This document shows positions 12,512 to 25,100 of a stretch of 64,000 nucleotides of DNA, piece after piece (position 1 is the stretch's first letter; every line of letters starts with the position of its first letter). The DNA comes from Fonticula alba ATCC 38817 (Eukaryota > Protista > Nucleariida). The stretch is from assembly GCA_000388065.2 (NCBI GenBank), contig KB932201.1. One strand, given 5' to 3'. The notes under the pieces are model-generated. The model was given only the letters and a program-made list of their open reading frames with translations. It searched no databases and was not told the origin of the DNA. The position numbers were made by a program, and so were the translations under genes.

Positions 12512-15500
12512 GGTCACTGTGGTCGTCGTCGTCGTCCTCGTCGTCCTCGTCGTCCCCATCGTCATCATCATCATCATCGTCCTCGTCATCATCGTCGTCG
12601 TCCTCGTCGTCGTCGTCGTCGTCGTCTGCACTATCCAGCTCGTACCCATCTTCCTCATCCTCGCTGCCCTGGTCCTCGCCATCCGGAACAGAGCGCAACG
12701 CAAGCCCCGACAGGGCACCGGTGGACCCCGCGTCGGCTGACGCCGAGTGGGACTCCCGGTGGCGGAGCTCCGCCCGGTAAACGGCCTCCGTGGCGTCATT
12801 GAGCGCGGAGTTGGCCGCCATCGAGGCGGCCGACACATTAGACAGGGCCACATTCAGATCACTGAGCATGGCGTCGTCCCAGGCAAATTGCGGTGAAATC
12901 AGGGCCGGATACATCCAGGGGATGTCCTGGTCAACATCCGACTCATCACTCAGGCCATTGAAATCCCCGAGACTGTCGATGTACGTCTGCAAGTCCAGAT
13001 CCACCATCTCGATGGAGGAGTCGGCAGGTCGAGACTGGGCCTCATCGGAGGCCAGGCTGGCAGCCGCGTCGCCAGCGGCCTCGCCCCGGCCCCGGCGCAT
13101 GCGAAAGGCCGCGGCCACCGGATCCAGGAACACTGACCGGTCGAACTGATCCAGGCCAAAGGCCAGTGCCTGCTCCGCCGCATCCAGGTCCATCTCCGGC
13201 AAGCTTGCCAACGTGGCCGAGCAATCCGGGAACATGTCAGCCAGCAGGTGCGATGCCAGGCGCGGTGTCAGTGCCTCGAGCTGCCGCTCGAAGTCCGAAT
13301 CCGAGGCCACCCCACCGACTTCGACCCCGAGACCCTCCTCTGCAGGGGGAACCCGGACCAGCGGGTCCAGCAGGCAGACCGGCATCGGGGGCTCCGTGGC
13401 CGAGGGGGAATCCCCATCCAGGGCCACCGACAGGGCCGGGCCCGGGCGAGTGCCGGCCGACGGGGCATACCCAAACACCGAGAAGGGGAAATACGGGATG
13501 GAAGGCGTCTCAAAGAGCCACATCGGGGCATAGTGCGAGGGGGGCAGCGAGGAGGCCAGCAAGCCATCCGGGCTGATCGCGGTATCGACTGGGGTCATGC
13601 GCGCGGCATCCTGTGCAATGGTCAGGGTGGTGGCCTGGGCGGCAGCCAGGGCCGCTGCGCGCTCCCGGGCGTTGGCCTTGGCGGCGGCCAGCGCCGCGGC
13701 CGCGGCCGCATTATTTCGCCGCCCTGCGCGCCCACCCCCGGCCGGGGCTCCCCGTGGAGTGATCACCGGCGGGTGAAGCTCAGACCCCCCGCCGAGGGAA
13801 GATCCCCCGCCGGGGCCAGGGCCGCTGGCAGATTGGTGCCCGGATGCCGACCCTCCGGCCGCCCCGGCCAGCAGGGCCCCGGTAGGATCAATGCTCTGCG
13901 CATAGCGAAGGAGATCCCCATATGGGATGACCGAAGGCGAGAAGCTAACCAGGCCGAGATCCGGCCCTGAAGAAGGGCCCCCGGACTCCGGGCTGACACC
14001 TATCCCCGGGGCTTCGGCCGCCGGGCCGCCATGTCTCAAAATGCTCAGATCCCGAGAGAGGGACAGCAGCGACTTGCTGCTGGGCCGGAAGAGGGCCAAG
14101 GACAGGGGATCCGGCGTGTGGAGCTTGGCCGCCACCGCCAACGATGTGGAGTGCGCCAACAGGGGCCCAAGGAAGCCGGCCACACCACTGGCCACCAGCG
14201 CTGTCAAGGTTACATGCGCCAACCGGCGGAAGTCCTCCGTTTGCAGGAAGTCCTCCGTGTCGACAGCCACGCCGACCGACGATGCCGGGGAATCAACGCG
14301 ACCACGGCCAGCGCCAGTGACGCCGCCGCCCGGCCCGGTCCGCCGCTGAGGTCCGCCAGAAGAGGAGGCGCCGCCAGCCGGCGAGTGTTGCGGCGGCGGT
14401 GGCGACTGGTGCTGCTGCTGCGGATGTTGCTGCTCGGCCAGCGAGGAGCCCAGCACCCCGGGGACCGGACCGGCCTTTAGGTGGCCGCCGGACCGGTGCG
14501 ACGAGAGAATCAGCTGCGCCTCTCGGGGAAGGGGGTCCGGCTCGGGAGAAGGCATGGTGTGGGGGAAGAAGGGCAAGCAGTCTGCCGTGGTGGTGGTGGT
14601 GGTGGTGCTGCTGCTGCTGGTGCTGGTGCTGGTGCTGGCGCTGGCGGTGGCATCGGCCGAGGCCGGAACCGGCCCCGACGACCGAATGGAGATGTTTCCC
14701 AACCCGAAGGACAGCGGGACAGACACCCGTGCCGAGCCGCCATCCAGCGGGGCATCTGCCAAGTGCGCCGGCCAGTCGGCATGCGTTGTCCCGGCTCCGA
14801 AGGCGAAGGGACTGGCCTCGGCCATGGTCGAGGGGGCATTGCTGCCAGCGGCGCCCGCCGGACCACCCGCCGAGAAAGCCCCCTCGGCATCAAAGAGCGC
14901 AGCCACAATGTGAGGAAGTTGATGTGACAAACGGATCGGATCCATGTGCAGGATGCGTAGCAGTTGGAGGAAAACCACCCAATTGGCTCGGAGGAGCTCG
15001 CAAGCTGAGCACTCGCGCCGGGGTTTGGTCGAACCGCTGCCGCCGGGCCCGCCGCCGCCGCCGCTGCCGCCGCCGCGATTAGCCGGCGCTGACGACACCG
15101 GCTCCGGGCATGGACCCCCCTGAGAGCAGGGCGCCCCGGTGCCAATGGCCACGGCCAACTGCATGCGCAAAAAGAGAGCCACAAGGGCAGCAAACGGCCG
15201 GGCCAGGGACTGTGCCTGGCTGCCGATGTTGCCGGTGCTCCCAGAGCCGGCACCGCTCGCGCCACGGCCCCCACCAGACCCTGTGGCGCCGGTCGATCGG
15301 GCGCCCTTCCGGCCGACATCGCGCCGGCTCGCGGTCGGCCCGGGCCACGATCCCGAAGCTCCCGGGGCGTCGGATCCCAGCAGGGCTTGAACAGGCTCAG
15401 TCAGATACGGGTCCGCCGGGGCCGGGAATGCCGGGCCTTGATATGTGCGACTGGCCCAGGCCTCCAACAACGGCAGGAAGGGGTGCGAGTCGACCGGGCG

Positions 15501-16278
15501 CACTCCGGTCGCTGGGATCGCCGGGAGCTGGCTGCCGGCACCGAAAGCGATCTGATCCAGTCCAACCAAGGCGTCGACGTCCAGGAAGATCGGCGGCACA
15601 GGCTCAACCAGAGGCGCCGGGCCTGTCTGGGGCTCGGATGGTGTGGCTGGTGCCGATGATGCCGATGATGCCGATGATGCCGATACTGCTGTGGCCGCCG
15701 CAAAGACCGGCAGATAATCGCAATACAGGAGACCGAGCACGGCCAGGGAATAGGCCTGCAGGGCCGGGCAGGTCACAAGGCCGGCCTTTTTGTTTATCCC
15801 ACGCACGAGGCACAGCCCCCAACATCCAAGTCAGTGATTGACGGCACACGCGAAGGAGACACACGGGGGGGAGGGGGGGGGGGGCGCGGAGAGCAGGAAA
15901 CCGGAGATCAAAGATCTTACACACCTCGAGCATCTGTCCGAGCACCAAGCCGGCGGTGTCGCGCTCATGCACGCCGAACGTCCGCAAGAAGCCCACAAGG
16001 GCACCGAGGAAGGTGACCGGCGCCTGGGTGGAGCCCTGGCAGAAATCGCACTCATGTCCGTCCGGCAGGAAGGACGCCGCGAGGCTGCGACTGCCAGGAC
16101 CACCGCCGCGCCGACGTGCTGGCGGTACTGCCGCTGGCGGTGATGGCTCCACACCGGCGGCCGGGACCTCCGTACGTAGCCAGGCAAAAGAAACCACCGT
16201 GGCGTAGTAGGCTTGGTTGGCGTCGGAAATCCCGGCGTTAATCCGGGCCTCGGCCGGGAGAGTCGGCACACCCGCCAT
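9744..16278 (-). CDS. CNOT11: CCR4-NOT subunit 11 (CNOT11/C2orf29)-like protein, ~1950 aa with large low-complexity insertions, ~5 exons; start codon uncertain
   Basis: C-terminal PELQIFCIEFCELREASDLF matches CNOT11 EVQAFCIEFSRIREAAGLF (recalled). Collinear motifs QFAEHNPSLL (LVENNPLV), TRFVSF|CISIC (LYISNCISTC), GCQGPLSTDRQ (AFKSPLSSPQQ). N-terminal TAGLVLGQMLE|AGLVTCPALQAYSLAVLGLLY and LARPFAAL match the CNOT11 N-domain. Confidence 0.78.
10931..11007. repeat. (GT)n microsatellite in a CNOT11 intron
   Basis: About 38 consecutive GT units visible directly. Confidence 0.95.
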
Positions 16279-17251
16279 GCCGGACTTCGACCTTCGCGCG
16301 GTGGCCGGGGGCGTCAGGAGACCTCCCGGGGCCGGGGCCAGGATGGCGCCCGCAGCAGCTGCAAGGAGGGAAGGAGATTGGAGAGGGGAGGTGGAAGGGG
16401 CGGAATGGGGGGGGGGGGGGTGGGAAGATGCGTATTCCGCCGCCTGAACCTCCTCCCCCCTCCCCTCGCATCCTCTTCTCATGGCGCGGGGGGGGGGGGG
16501 GGGGGCGGCGAGGGGCGGCGCGCAGACATATGGCCATATACTTCCGTCTCTCTCTCTCTGCGGCCTCCTCCCCCTCCACGCCACTGTTCTCCTCCCTTGT
16601 CCTCCCGCCACTGTCCAACATCATTTTTTTCCTCTGTGTGCGCTCCAGTTGAGCGCACATGTGTGTGTGTACACGCGCGCGCGCGCGCGCGAGCACACGA
16701 ACGCGTGCCTACCCCCCCCCCTCCCCCCTGCGCATGGCCTGCGCGTCGGGCTGTCATCATTCTCTCGCCCCCCAAAATGAATATAGATTTCTTGTGCCTT
16801 CCTCTGTGTGTGTGCGCGCGCGCGCGCATGCATGCATACCGCCTGCTTGTGACTTTACCGAGGTTCCCCTCTCGAGCATCAGCAGAGCTTGTGTGGATTG
16901 TGGGGGGTATATTTGTTGGGGAAAGGGAGAGGAGGGCAGGGAGAAGGTCACGCCTCGAGGGGGGGGGGGGGAGGGGCACACAAGGGAAGAGGTTGAGGGG
17001 AGGGGGGGGGGGAAAGAGGCAGGACGAACTGACGCCCCGACGGGGGAAAGCGTGAGGGCGTGCGTGCAGGGACGCACGCCGCTCGCTGCGCCGCCAGCCA
17101 CAAGCTGGCGACTGGCAAGCGCAGGATCGCAACAAGGACGGATGGCGAGGCCGCCGGGCAGGGGGGAGGGAGCAGCAGCAACAGCCGCAGCAGCAACGGC
17201 CGCAGCAACGGCCGCAGCAACGGCCGCAGCAACCGCAGCGGCCGTGGTAGC

Positions 17252-18165
17252 TTAATCGGAGCTGTTGCCGGACCGACGGTTGCGACCACCGGCACCGCCG
17301 CCGCGGCCACCGCCGCGACCGCCGCCGCGGCCGCCAGAGCGGTATGTGCTGGAGGTGCCATCGCGACGGCCTGTCTGGTTGCCGCCGTCGCGAGGGGCCA
17401 TGGCGGAGGAGGCCTCGCGCGCCTCGCGCGCCTGGGCGCGGCGGGCGTTCTGCTCCTCGATCGAAGCGATGACCTGCGATACGCGTGACCGGGCGCGGGG
17501 GAGGGGGGTACAGATAGCCAGGGCGTGAGCATGGGCGGGGCCAGGGGCAAGGAGGCAGCGCAGGTGTCACAGTGTCGGCGCACCTCATCCGAAACACGGA
17601 CGGTTCGGAACTGATTCCCGCGGATGTAGAGCTCGGGGATCTTGAAGAAGCGGGCATCCTACGAGCAAGGAGGGGGAGCGGGGGGAGGAGGAGGAGGGAG
17701 AGGGACGCGAATGGTCAGAGCCGCTGGCGGGGGCAGCACAAGCAGGAAGGCCGGTCGCAGAGGGAGCCGCGTCGCCCGGGGGCACACGCACCCGGGTGGT
17801 GAGGATGACGTCGCGCAGGGTGATGTTCATGAAGGAATCCGAGGCCACCAGGACACCGTTGTAAACCAGGCCGTTCTTCATCTCGACGGACTGCACAGCG
17901 TCGGAGTGAGGGGGAGGGGGAGAGAGAGAGAGAGAGAGGGAGGGAGAGAGAGGGAGACGACATCAGCGGGCGAAAGGGGGGGGGGGGCCGAGGCGGGTGT
18001 GGAGGCTGCGCGGCGGAGGAGAGGGAGAAACGCACCACAGTCAGGCCGACGCAGGCCTGGATGAGGGCGGTCGGGAGCTGCGGGCGAGGGGGCGGGAGGC
18101 ATGTTAGACCAGGCAACGGCGGTCGCGGAGGGCAGCGACAGCAGCATGACGGCAACGGTAATGGC

Positions 18166-18201
<36 letters not shown>

Positions 18202-18257
18202 TGCGAAGGCGCGGGAGGAGGACCGGGCGCTGGGTGTCGGGCACGACGCACCACCAT
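17252..18257 (-). CDS. LSM4: U6 snRNA-associated Sm-like protein LSm4, 5 exons
   Basis: Spliced MV|LPTALIQACVGLTV|SVEMKNGLVYNGVLVASDSFMNITLRDVILTTR|DARFFKIPELYIRGNQFRTVRVSDE|VIASIEEQ...[23 protein letters not shown]. Sm1/Sm2 motifs plus an RGG tail characteristic of LSm4. Confidence 0.88.
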
Positions 18258-19126
18258 GTTGGATGGATGTGTGGATCAAGGGAGGAAAATGAGGGTGCGC
18301 GCGCGCGCAGATCCGGAGCGGCGGGGNNNNNNNNNNCCCCCCCCCTCGCCGTGGCTGGCTCGACGTGGTAATTTGCGGGCGTCTAGAATTTTCACTAACA
18401 CAACGCCATGCCCGGAAACGCACGCGCGCGCGCGCGCGCACGCACTGAAAGGCAGTGCCAAGTGGCGAACGGGCAGGAAAGCCCACGAGCGAGGGCCGGC
18501 CCGGGAGAAGGCGCAAGCCCAGCTAGCGTGAACCATCCGCGCAGAGTTCGGCCCCGCGTGCGGGATCAGATGGTGTGCATCTGCCCTGATGAGGGCCAGT
18601 TGGTCCCCCCCCCCCCCTCCCCCCCTTCCCCGAGCCGTGTAACTCTGCAAACAACGGCCGTCGCTGGCCACAGTCAACGGCCACTCACAAACGGACGCCC
18701 ACGCACCCGACCACCTGCCGGCAGATGAGGCTAATGGGGGGAGGGGGGCCGATTTCGCGAAGAAAGGCAGGCACAGACAGACTGCCGCGGGGGCGGGGGG
18801 ATGCCAGGCGCGCAAGTCCGAACACGGCCCCGGGAGCGCGCAGGTGCCGACTTTTCAATTCCCCCCGCCCCCTCCGTTCCCCCCGCTGCACCGGGGCCCC
18901 GGTGATGGACACGGCGTGCTCTACACGGCTCGAACGCGCTCATCAGCCGGGGCACCGTGGGCCGCATCCGGGCCGAGCAGATCGAAGTGCAGGTAGCGAG
19001 GTCCCAACGGATGGGCGCCCAGAGGCATCATGCGTCTGTGTCGCCCCCTCTCCTTGCCATCCGCTTCTGTGTGCTTTACATTCTCTGCCCCCGTACTCCA
19101 TCTTCTGGGGAAGAGCCCTGGGGCGT

Positions 19127-19173
<47 letters not shown>

Positions 19174-19501
19174 AGGAAGGAGCAAGGGAGACCTCTCCAC
19201 ATGCGCAAGACACGGTCAGACACCGTGGACCCGCCCGGAGACTTGCCTTGCTCAGCATGCCCTATAGTCCCACTCCGATCTGAGCTCCCTGCTCCACCCA
19301 CAGGCCCCTGTGGTGCGCGGTCCTGCCGCCATGCCGCATCGGTAGCCCGCATGCCTGCACACATCTTTCAAACAATGCCCCCTCTCCTCCTGCCCCGCCA
19401 CCGCCCGCGCGCGACGGGAGTCCTCTCAGTGACGCCATGGGGTCTTCTATTGTGTCGGGGGAGGGGGAGATGTGAGGGGAATAGAGGGGGAGGGCGACAG
19501 A

Positions 19502-19642
19502 CTACTGCCACCACTTCTCCAGGCCAAGACCGTCCTGGTTGGCCGCGGCCTGCATGTTCGGAGGGGGGAGACAGGGACATGATCGAAGGTCAGTGCAAGA
19601 TGACAGAGGAGCCGGGCGGAAGGCAGGAGGAGGGGGAGGGGG

Positions 19643-19675
<33 letters not shown>

Positions 19676-20629
19676 GGAGGGAGGAAGGGGGAGGAGCAAA
19701 AGGCGAGACGCGAGACGCACAATCAACGAGAAAGGCGGTTGAGTGGGGGCGGCTTCACTGGTGTCGGCCTGCTCTTCCGCCGGGAAGGCGCCCGGCGTGG
19801 CGGCGGTGGGCTTCTTGAACTGCTCGAAATACACATGCTCCACAATGCGGAAGCGGATGCGGTTCTCCACATCCATATAGAGCTTGTTATCAAAGTAGTT
19901 CCACACCCAAACCTGCTCCTCGTGGTCGCTGCCAGCCAACACCCAGGTAACATGGGAGGTGTCGATGTTAGAGCAGGGCATAGGTCCCCCGTGAGCGCGG
20001 GGGAAAAACAGGGGCAAATGGTCGCACAGAGCAGGCGCCAATACACATCGAGGCACGCACAAAACCGTGTTCTCCTGGAGCTGGTCCGCCGGAATGAGGA
20101 TGTCCTCGAAGAAGCCCAACGTCACGAAGACACCCTCGGGGGTGCACTTCTTAATGCGCCCGGAAAGGATCTGCCCGACGAATGGCCGGAAGACAATATA
20201 CGTGAAGGTGACTGGCAGACGATCAAGCGAGGAGCAGATGCAATGGCATGACAGTCAGAACACCACTGTGGCAGGGCATCTCGCCTGGAAGGATGAGGGC
20301 GGACGGAGGGCGGACAGAGGGCGGACAGAGGGCGGACAGAGGGCGGACGGAAGGCGGGCGGAAGGCGGGCGGGGGGGGGGGGGGGGGGGGGGGGGGGGAG
20401 GAACACCATAAAAGCACACACCCTTTACATGGGTGCACCCATCGGCCGGGACAACCAGCGGGTCACCGACCGAGTGCAGCTCAAACAGGCTAATGCAGAG
20501 GCCTACCCGCTTGACCACCTTGTTGGCATACTTCTTGTTCAGCTCATCGATCACTGCGTCCGAGAGCTTCTTTCTGAAGTCCGCCGGCGCGATGCGCACG
20601 CTGTCGGAAAACTTCACCAGGACAAACAT
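19502..20629 (-). CDS. POLR3H: RNA polymerase III subunit RPC8/RPC25, 4 exons
   Basis: MFVLVKFSDSVRIAPADF..ELNKKYANKVVKRVGLCISLFE, |VTFTYIVFRPFVGQIL, LGFFEDILIP, F|DHEEQVWVWNY, LYMDVENRIRFRI, DGLGLEKWW*. Confidence 0.95.
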
Positions 20630-21062
20630 CCTGGCCGCGGGCGGGTAGAGACAAAGGGCGGGTGTATACCAGACGGGGAGGGGGTGGGGATGGGAAAGGA
20701 GGTAGGGGGAGTTTGCGCGGCAGGCGTCGGTGAAGGAGGCAGCGGCGAGGCGGGCAAAGAGAGAGGGGGAGGGAGAGGGAGGGAGGGAGATGCATGCCAT
20801 CGAGTGGCTGGTGCTCTCGGGGTCTCCGACCCCGGTCCTCAAGAAAGACTCACTCTTGGAGGATGCTGCATCCGTCCCAAGTGTGACTCCGCCCGGCAAC
20901 GATCAGTCCCACTGCCAGGGGAGGGGGGAGGGGGGGGCACCGTGCAGGTGAACTCTCGTGCGTGGGTGTCCCCCGCTGGCCCCCAGGCTCCGACGGACGA
21001 CCACGCGATCGGAAGCATTGGCATCTGGTCGTGGGAGCTTGAGCACATCGCGGCGGCATGTT

Positions 21063-21070
21063 CTGGTGTG

Positions 21071-21106
<36 letters not shown>

Positions 21107-21120
21107 TGTGTGTGTGTGTG

Positions 21121-21167
<47 letters not shown>

Positions 21168-21203
21168 GTGTGTGTGTGTGTGTGCGTGCGTGCTTGTGTG
21201 TGG
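21063..21203. repeat. Compound (GTGC)n/(GT)n microsatellite
   Basis: Directly visible in the intergenic region between RPC8 and CD2BP2. Confidence 0.9.
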
Positions 21204-21343
21204 GTGTGTGCATGTCCGCCATGCTGGTATCTGCACATGCCAGAGACAAGTTCCATGTGTCGGGCCGGCAGTCGCCAGGAAAGACTCGGTGTATATTTTT
21301 CTTTGCCGCATCTCGCAGCACGCGCCCGCCCCCGCACGGTGGC

Positions 21344-23163
21344 TCAGTCGATGTACAAGGAGAAGTCGATGCGCTTGGATGAGCGGAAGGGCGCATCGGA
21401 GAAGTCCTCCGGCTCGCCGGCCCCCGGAGGAGGGGCCGCCCGGCGGACAAACACCGCCCCGGAGGGCGTCTGCGAAAAGAGCCCAGCCTCGGCCCAGGCG
21501 TGCATTTGCGTCGAGGAGAAGGGCCCATACACCGGCGTGGCGGGGTCCTCATCCTCGGTCCACTTGTACTCCCAGAAGGCCTCGGTCGATGTGGAGGCGG
21601 GAAGAGGGCCAGCGGCCGGGGCAGCTGTGGTCGCGGCCGCGGGCGAAGCCACCCCCGGGCCAGCCGCCAGGGAGAACATGTCATCCGAATCGGACCCGGC
21701 ATCGGTGGGCTCGACGGCCGCCGCCGCGGTGCGCGCACGTCGAGCCTGCTCCGCCTCCCGGAGGGCGGCAATCTGCTGGGCCACCTCGGCCTGGGTCATT
21801 TGGTAGATGTCCACCATGTCATGCCGGTCGACCATGGCCGTCAACAGGGCGGTCAGTCGATCAAGCTGGGCCTGTGCCTCGGGAGCCAGGGCCGGGCGCC
21901 GGACACGAGCTCCACCCGGGGCACCGGGGCCCCCCTTCGGCGCGGCCAGTCGCCGCATCGCCGCGGCCGGAGTATCTTGAGGCCGGTCGGAAGCCAGATA
22001 CTGGGCCAAGTCCTCCAGCATGCCGAGCTGGGTGCTTGGGATGGCGAGAGTCCCATCGCGCGCGAGGCGCTCGGCCTCGGCCGCCTCGGCCCCCTCGGCT
22101 TGTCGGCGCTTGGCCTCGGCCGCCTGATCATGAGGCAACCGGTGGCAGAAGGACCCGATTGAGAGGTGGAGGGGGAGAGACAGAGAGGGAGAGGGAGAGG
22201 GAGTCAGTGCCCGATTGGAGTGGGAAAGGCCCGATTGGAGTCGACAAAATGACAAGCCAGCAGACGGGGAAACAAATGCACGCAGACTTGAGACACACCT
22301 CGACCATGGCACCCTTGTCGAAATTCATCAAGGACGCCTCTTCGGCAGTCACCCGATCGACATCCTCGTCCGAGTCGCTGGCCGCATCGGAATCGTCGGA
22401 GTCCCCCGCCGTCCGGGACCCCCGGCCGCCGAGGGCACGAGACACAAAGAAGCCGGTCTGGTCGAATTGCCCACTGCGCATCTCGGCATCCAGGTTGAAG
22501 GCCTCAATGCCGACGGAGGACTCGTCCTCCTGCAGGGAGGTTGTCTCGCCGGGGATCGAGGCACCGGCGCGCTCGCCGAGCCCTCGCACATCGCTGTCAT
22601 CGGCCAGGAGCCGATTCAGGGTGCCCCGCTCGAGGCGATCCCTCGTACGAATGGGCGCAGATGGGCGCTCGCGGAACTCCGGCGGCACAGCCGCCTCATC
22701 GTCATCCTCATCTGAGCCGGCGTCACCGGCAGCCGGGCCCACCGGACGCCCGGTCACCGGGTCCACCTCCAAGCGAGAGCGCTTCCGCCGAGCATCCGGG
22801 CCCGACAGGTGGTCCTCCATGTCGGAGTCTGCCCCGTCCGAAGCAAATCCCAAGTCGGAATCCTCGCCGCTGGAGTTGTTATCATGTGAATAGAGCTGCT
22901 TGACGCGGCGCTCTGGCCGGGCGAACGGCGAGAAGCGGATAAGTCAGTGGCCTGCAGTGAGAGAGAGAGAGAGAGAGACGGGGAGAGAGAGAGAGAGAGA
23001 GGGACGGCAAGTGAGACAGCAAGTGAGACATTTACCCCATTGGTAGGGAGGAGAGGAGAGACACACTTGGACGGTTACCAACGTCGCTGTCCTGAAGAAA
23101 GATGTTCCCCGAGCCCGAGCCAGCCCGGCGGCCCGGTACGGCGGCCTTCCCCTGGTTGGACAT
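21344..23163 (-). CDS. CD2BP2: CD2BP2 / U5-52K / Lin1 (GYF domain), 3 exons
   Basis: GIEAFNLDAEMRSGQFDQTGFF (N-terminal CD2BP2 motif), DTPAAAMRRL, QLDRLTALLTAM..DIYQMT, C-terminal GYF domain FWEYKWTED..VYGPFSSTQMHAWAEAGLF..RIDFSLYID*. Exon 1 predicted as MSNQGK...DSDV. Confidence 0.92.
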
Positions 23164-24578
23164 CGGGAAGAGCGCGTGTGTGTGTGTGTGTGTGTCTGTG
23201 CCTGCGTGACGCTCGCGGGCTGTTGACTGGGTGGGCGGGGAGAGGGGACGAATGCAAGAAAGAGGGCCAGGGGGGAGCGGACCAGCAGAGATCTCTCAGC
23301 CTGGAAGGGGTAGATAATACGATTGGTAGAGGGAGGTGGGGATGACGCCTCCACCGGGGCCGGGCAGCCTGCACCCCAGTGGGAAAAAAACCTTGGAGAC
23401 TAAGCCCACATGCCAACGAATGATTCGGTGGTAGCAATCGGCGTGCTTCCCGGCAAGGCCAGCGCCATCCACATGCGTGTGAGTGTGCGTGTGTGCGTAC
23501 GCGTGCGCGTATCTGTGCCCAGCCGAAGTAGCACGTGCCTGTCCGTTCTTTCATCCAAAAGGGGGGGGGGGCATCACCCAGTCCCCTCGGAGGCACAGGG
23601 TCCACACCGCTGCATTCTTGCTAGAAGGTTTCGGGCGGGCGGGGGAGGAAGCGTGATGACATGGAAGCGGACGTAGCGCCCGGCCGCCTACACACTGGCA
23701 CACCACGAGAATTGAAACATCGGCAGGGGACACGGAGAGAGAGGGAGAGAGGGAGAGAGAGAGAACAAGACACAGGGGCATGGAACCTATCCCAACAGTG
23801 AACCGCCACGCTCGCCAAAAGCCCCACACCCCGACAACACAGGCACGCGTTCGAGAAAGAAGGGAAAAAACAACAGTCAGAGGGTGGGTAGTATGTGGGG
23901 GTTTTGTGACTTTGTATTTTGGGGGGGGTGAAGGAACAGGAGAGGCAAGTGGCTCGTCGACTGTTACACATGGGGCACCCCCGCATGGGGGGAGAAAGAG
24001 AGAGGGGAAAATAAAGGAGGAGGAGGAAGAGAGCACGGAGCTCGCATCCACACACCGGGCGCAGGCCCACAGCCCCCGGCAGGAGGGAAGGAGGGCGCAA
24101 CAGATAATGTACAGTGAGGGGGGAAGAGAGGGGCACGAGAGGGGGCCTCTGCACGCTGTCACCGTCCGCTTAAGAGCGGAAAGAGAGAGGGAGAGAGAGC
24201 AGGGCGCCTCCGCGATGTGAAGGACACGCGCGTGCGGGGAAAAGGACACGCGCGCGGCGCACCCCCGTCGGAAAAGACGGCAAAATGCACGCCGCCTCGA
24301 GGGAAGAGGCGCAAAGGAGAGCATTACCGATCATATTCCTTCCGGAGACGGAGAGAAGCGGGAGCCGGGCTTCCAGAGCAGAAGCACCCGGTATCTCCCG
24401 TTAGGCCAGGCAGGCACACACACACACACACCAGCGCACATGACGACAAAGCATCAGGCTGTGCGCACAGGGAGGGGGAGGGGGAGCACTGCGGCCGCAT
24501 CCCGAGAATCACGACCACCGGGGTCGTCTCCTCTAGGGCGAGGGGGGGAGACACACAGCAGCAACCAGGTGCACACAT

Positions 24579-25100
24579 TTAGGCAGCCGCCTCAGTGGCG
24601 CCGCGGATGTAGAGCACATTGTTGCAGCGAATCATGACCTCGCCGATCGGCGTGCCGACGCCCTGGACAATCTCCTCGCAGTCAAGAAGCTAAGAATGGG
24701 CCAGGAAGGGGGTCAGCACAAAGGGAGAGGGGAGGAGAGAGGCGAGCAGAGCGGGAGGGGGGGGGCAGCAGAGGAGCGAGGAGGGCGCGGTGGTGGGTCT
24801 TTGTTCAGAGAAGACGTTGAGTGCACAGTCACGACAAATGCCATGATACTTACACAAGAGGTGTCAGTTTTACGTCAATCATCAGTACGATGACCGACAC
24901 CAACCGACGCCACTCACACGGAGGAGGAGGGGGAGGGGGGAGGGGGGGGGGGAGGAGCAGCATGGACATACCTGGAGGTTCATGTAGAGGTCGAAGGACT
25001 TGAGCACCCCGCGGAACTCCATACCCCACTTGAGCTTGACGTGGACCATCTGGCCAGTCAGGTTGGCAAGGAAGGGCTTCGGGTTGATGAAGTTGGACAT
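24579..25100 (-). CDS. SNRPF: Small nuclear ribonucleoprotein F (SmF), 79 aa, 2 exons (25100-24972, 24689-24579)
   Basis: [43 protein letters not shown]|[30 protein letters not shown]. Confidence 0.96.
24803..24886 (-). ncRNA. Candidate intronic box C/D snoRNA in the SmF intron
   Basis: Sense strand: box C TGATGA (24884-24879), internal CTGA, box D CTGA (24808-24805). 80-nt AT-rich island inside a GC-rich intron. Target uncertain. Confidence 0.55.

Noticed and set aside
18921-19364. 147-aa minus-strand ORF downstream of RPC8
   Set aside because: Spans a (CA)n tract, no recognisable motif; more likely RPC8 3' UTR or LSm4 upstream sequence.
23650-23730. GTGATGA box C-like motif on the plus strand
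   Set aside because: No downstream CTGA at a suitable distance and no rRNA complement.
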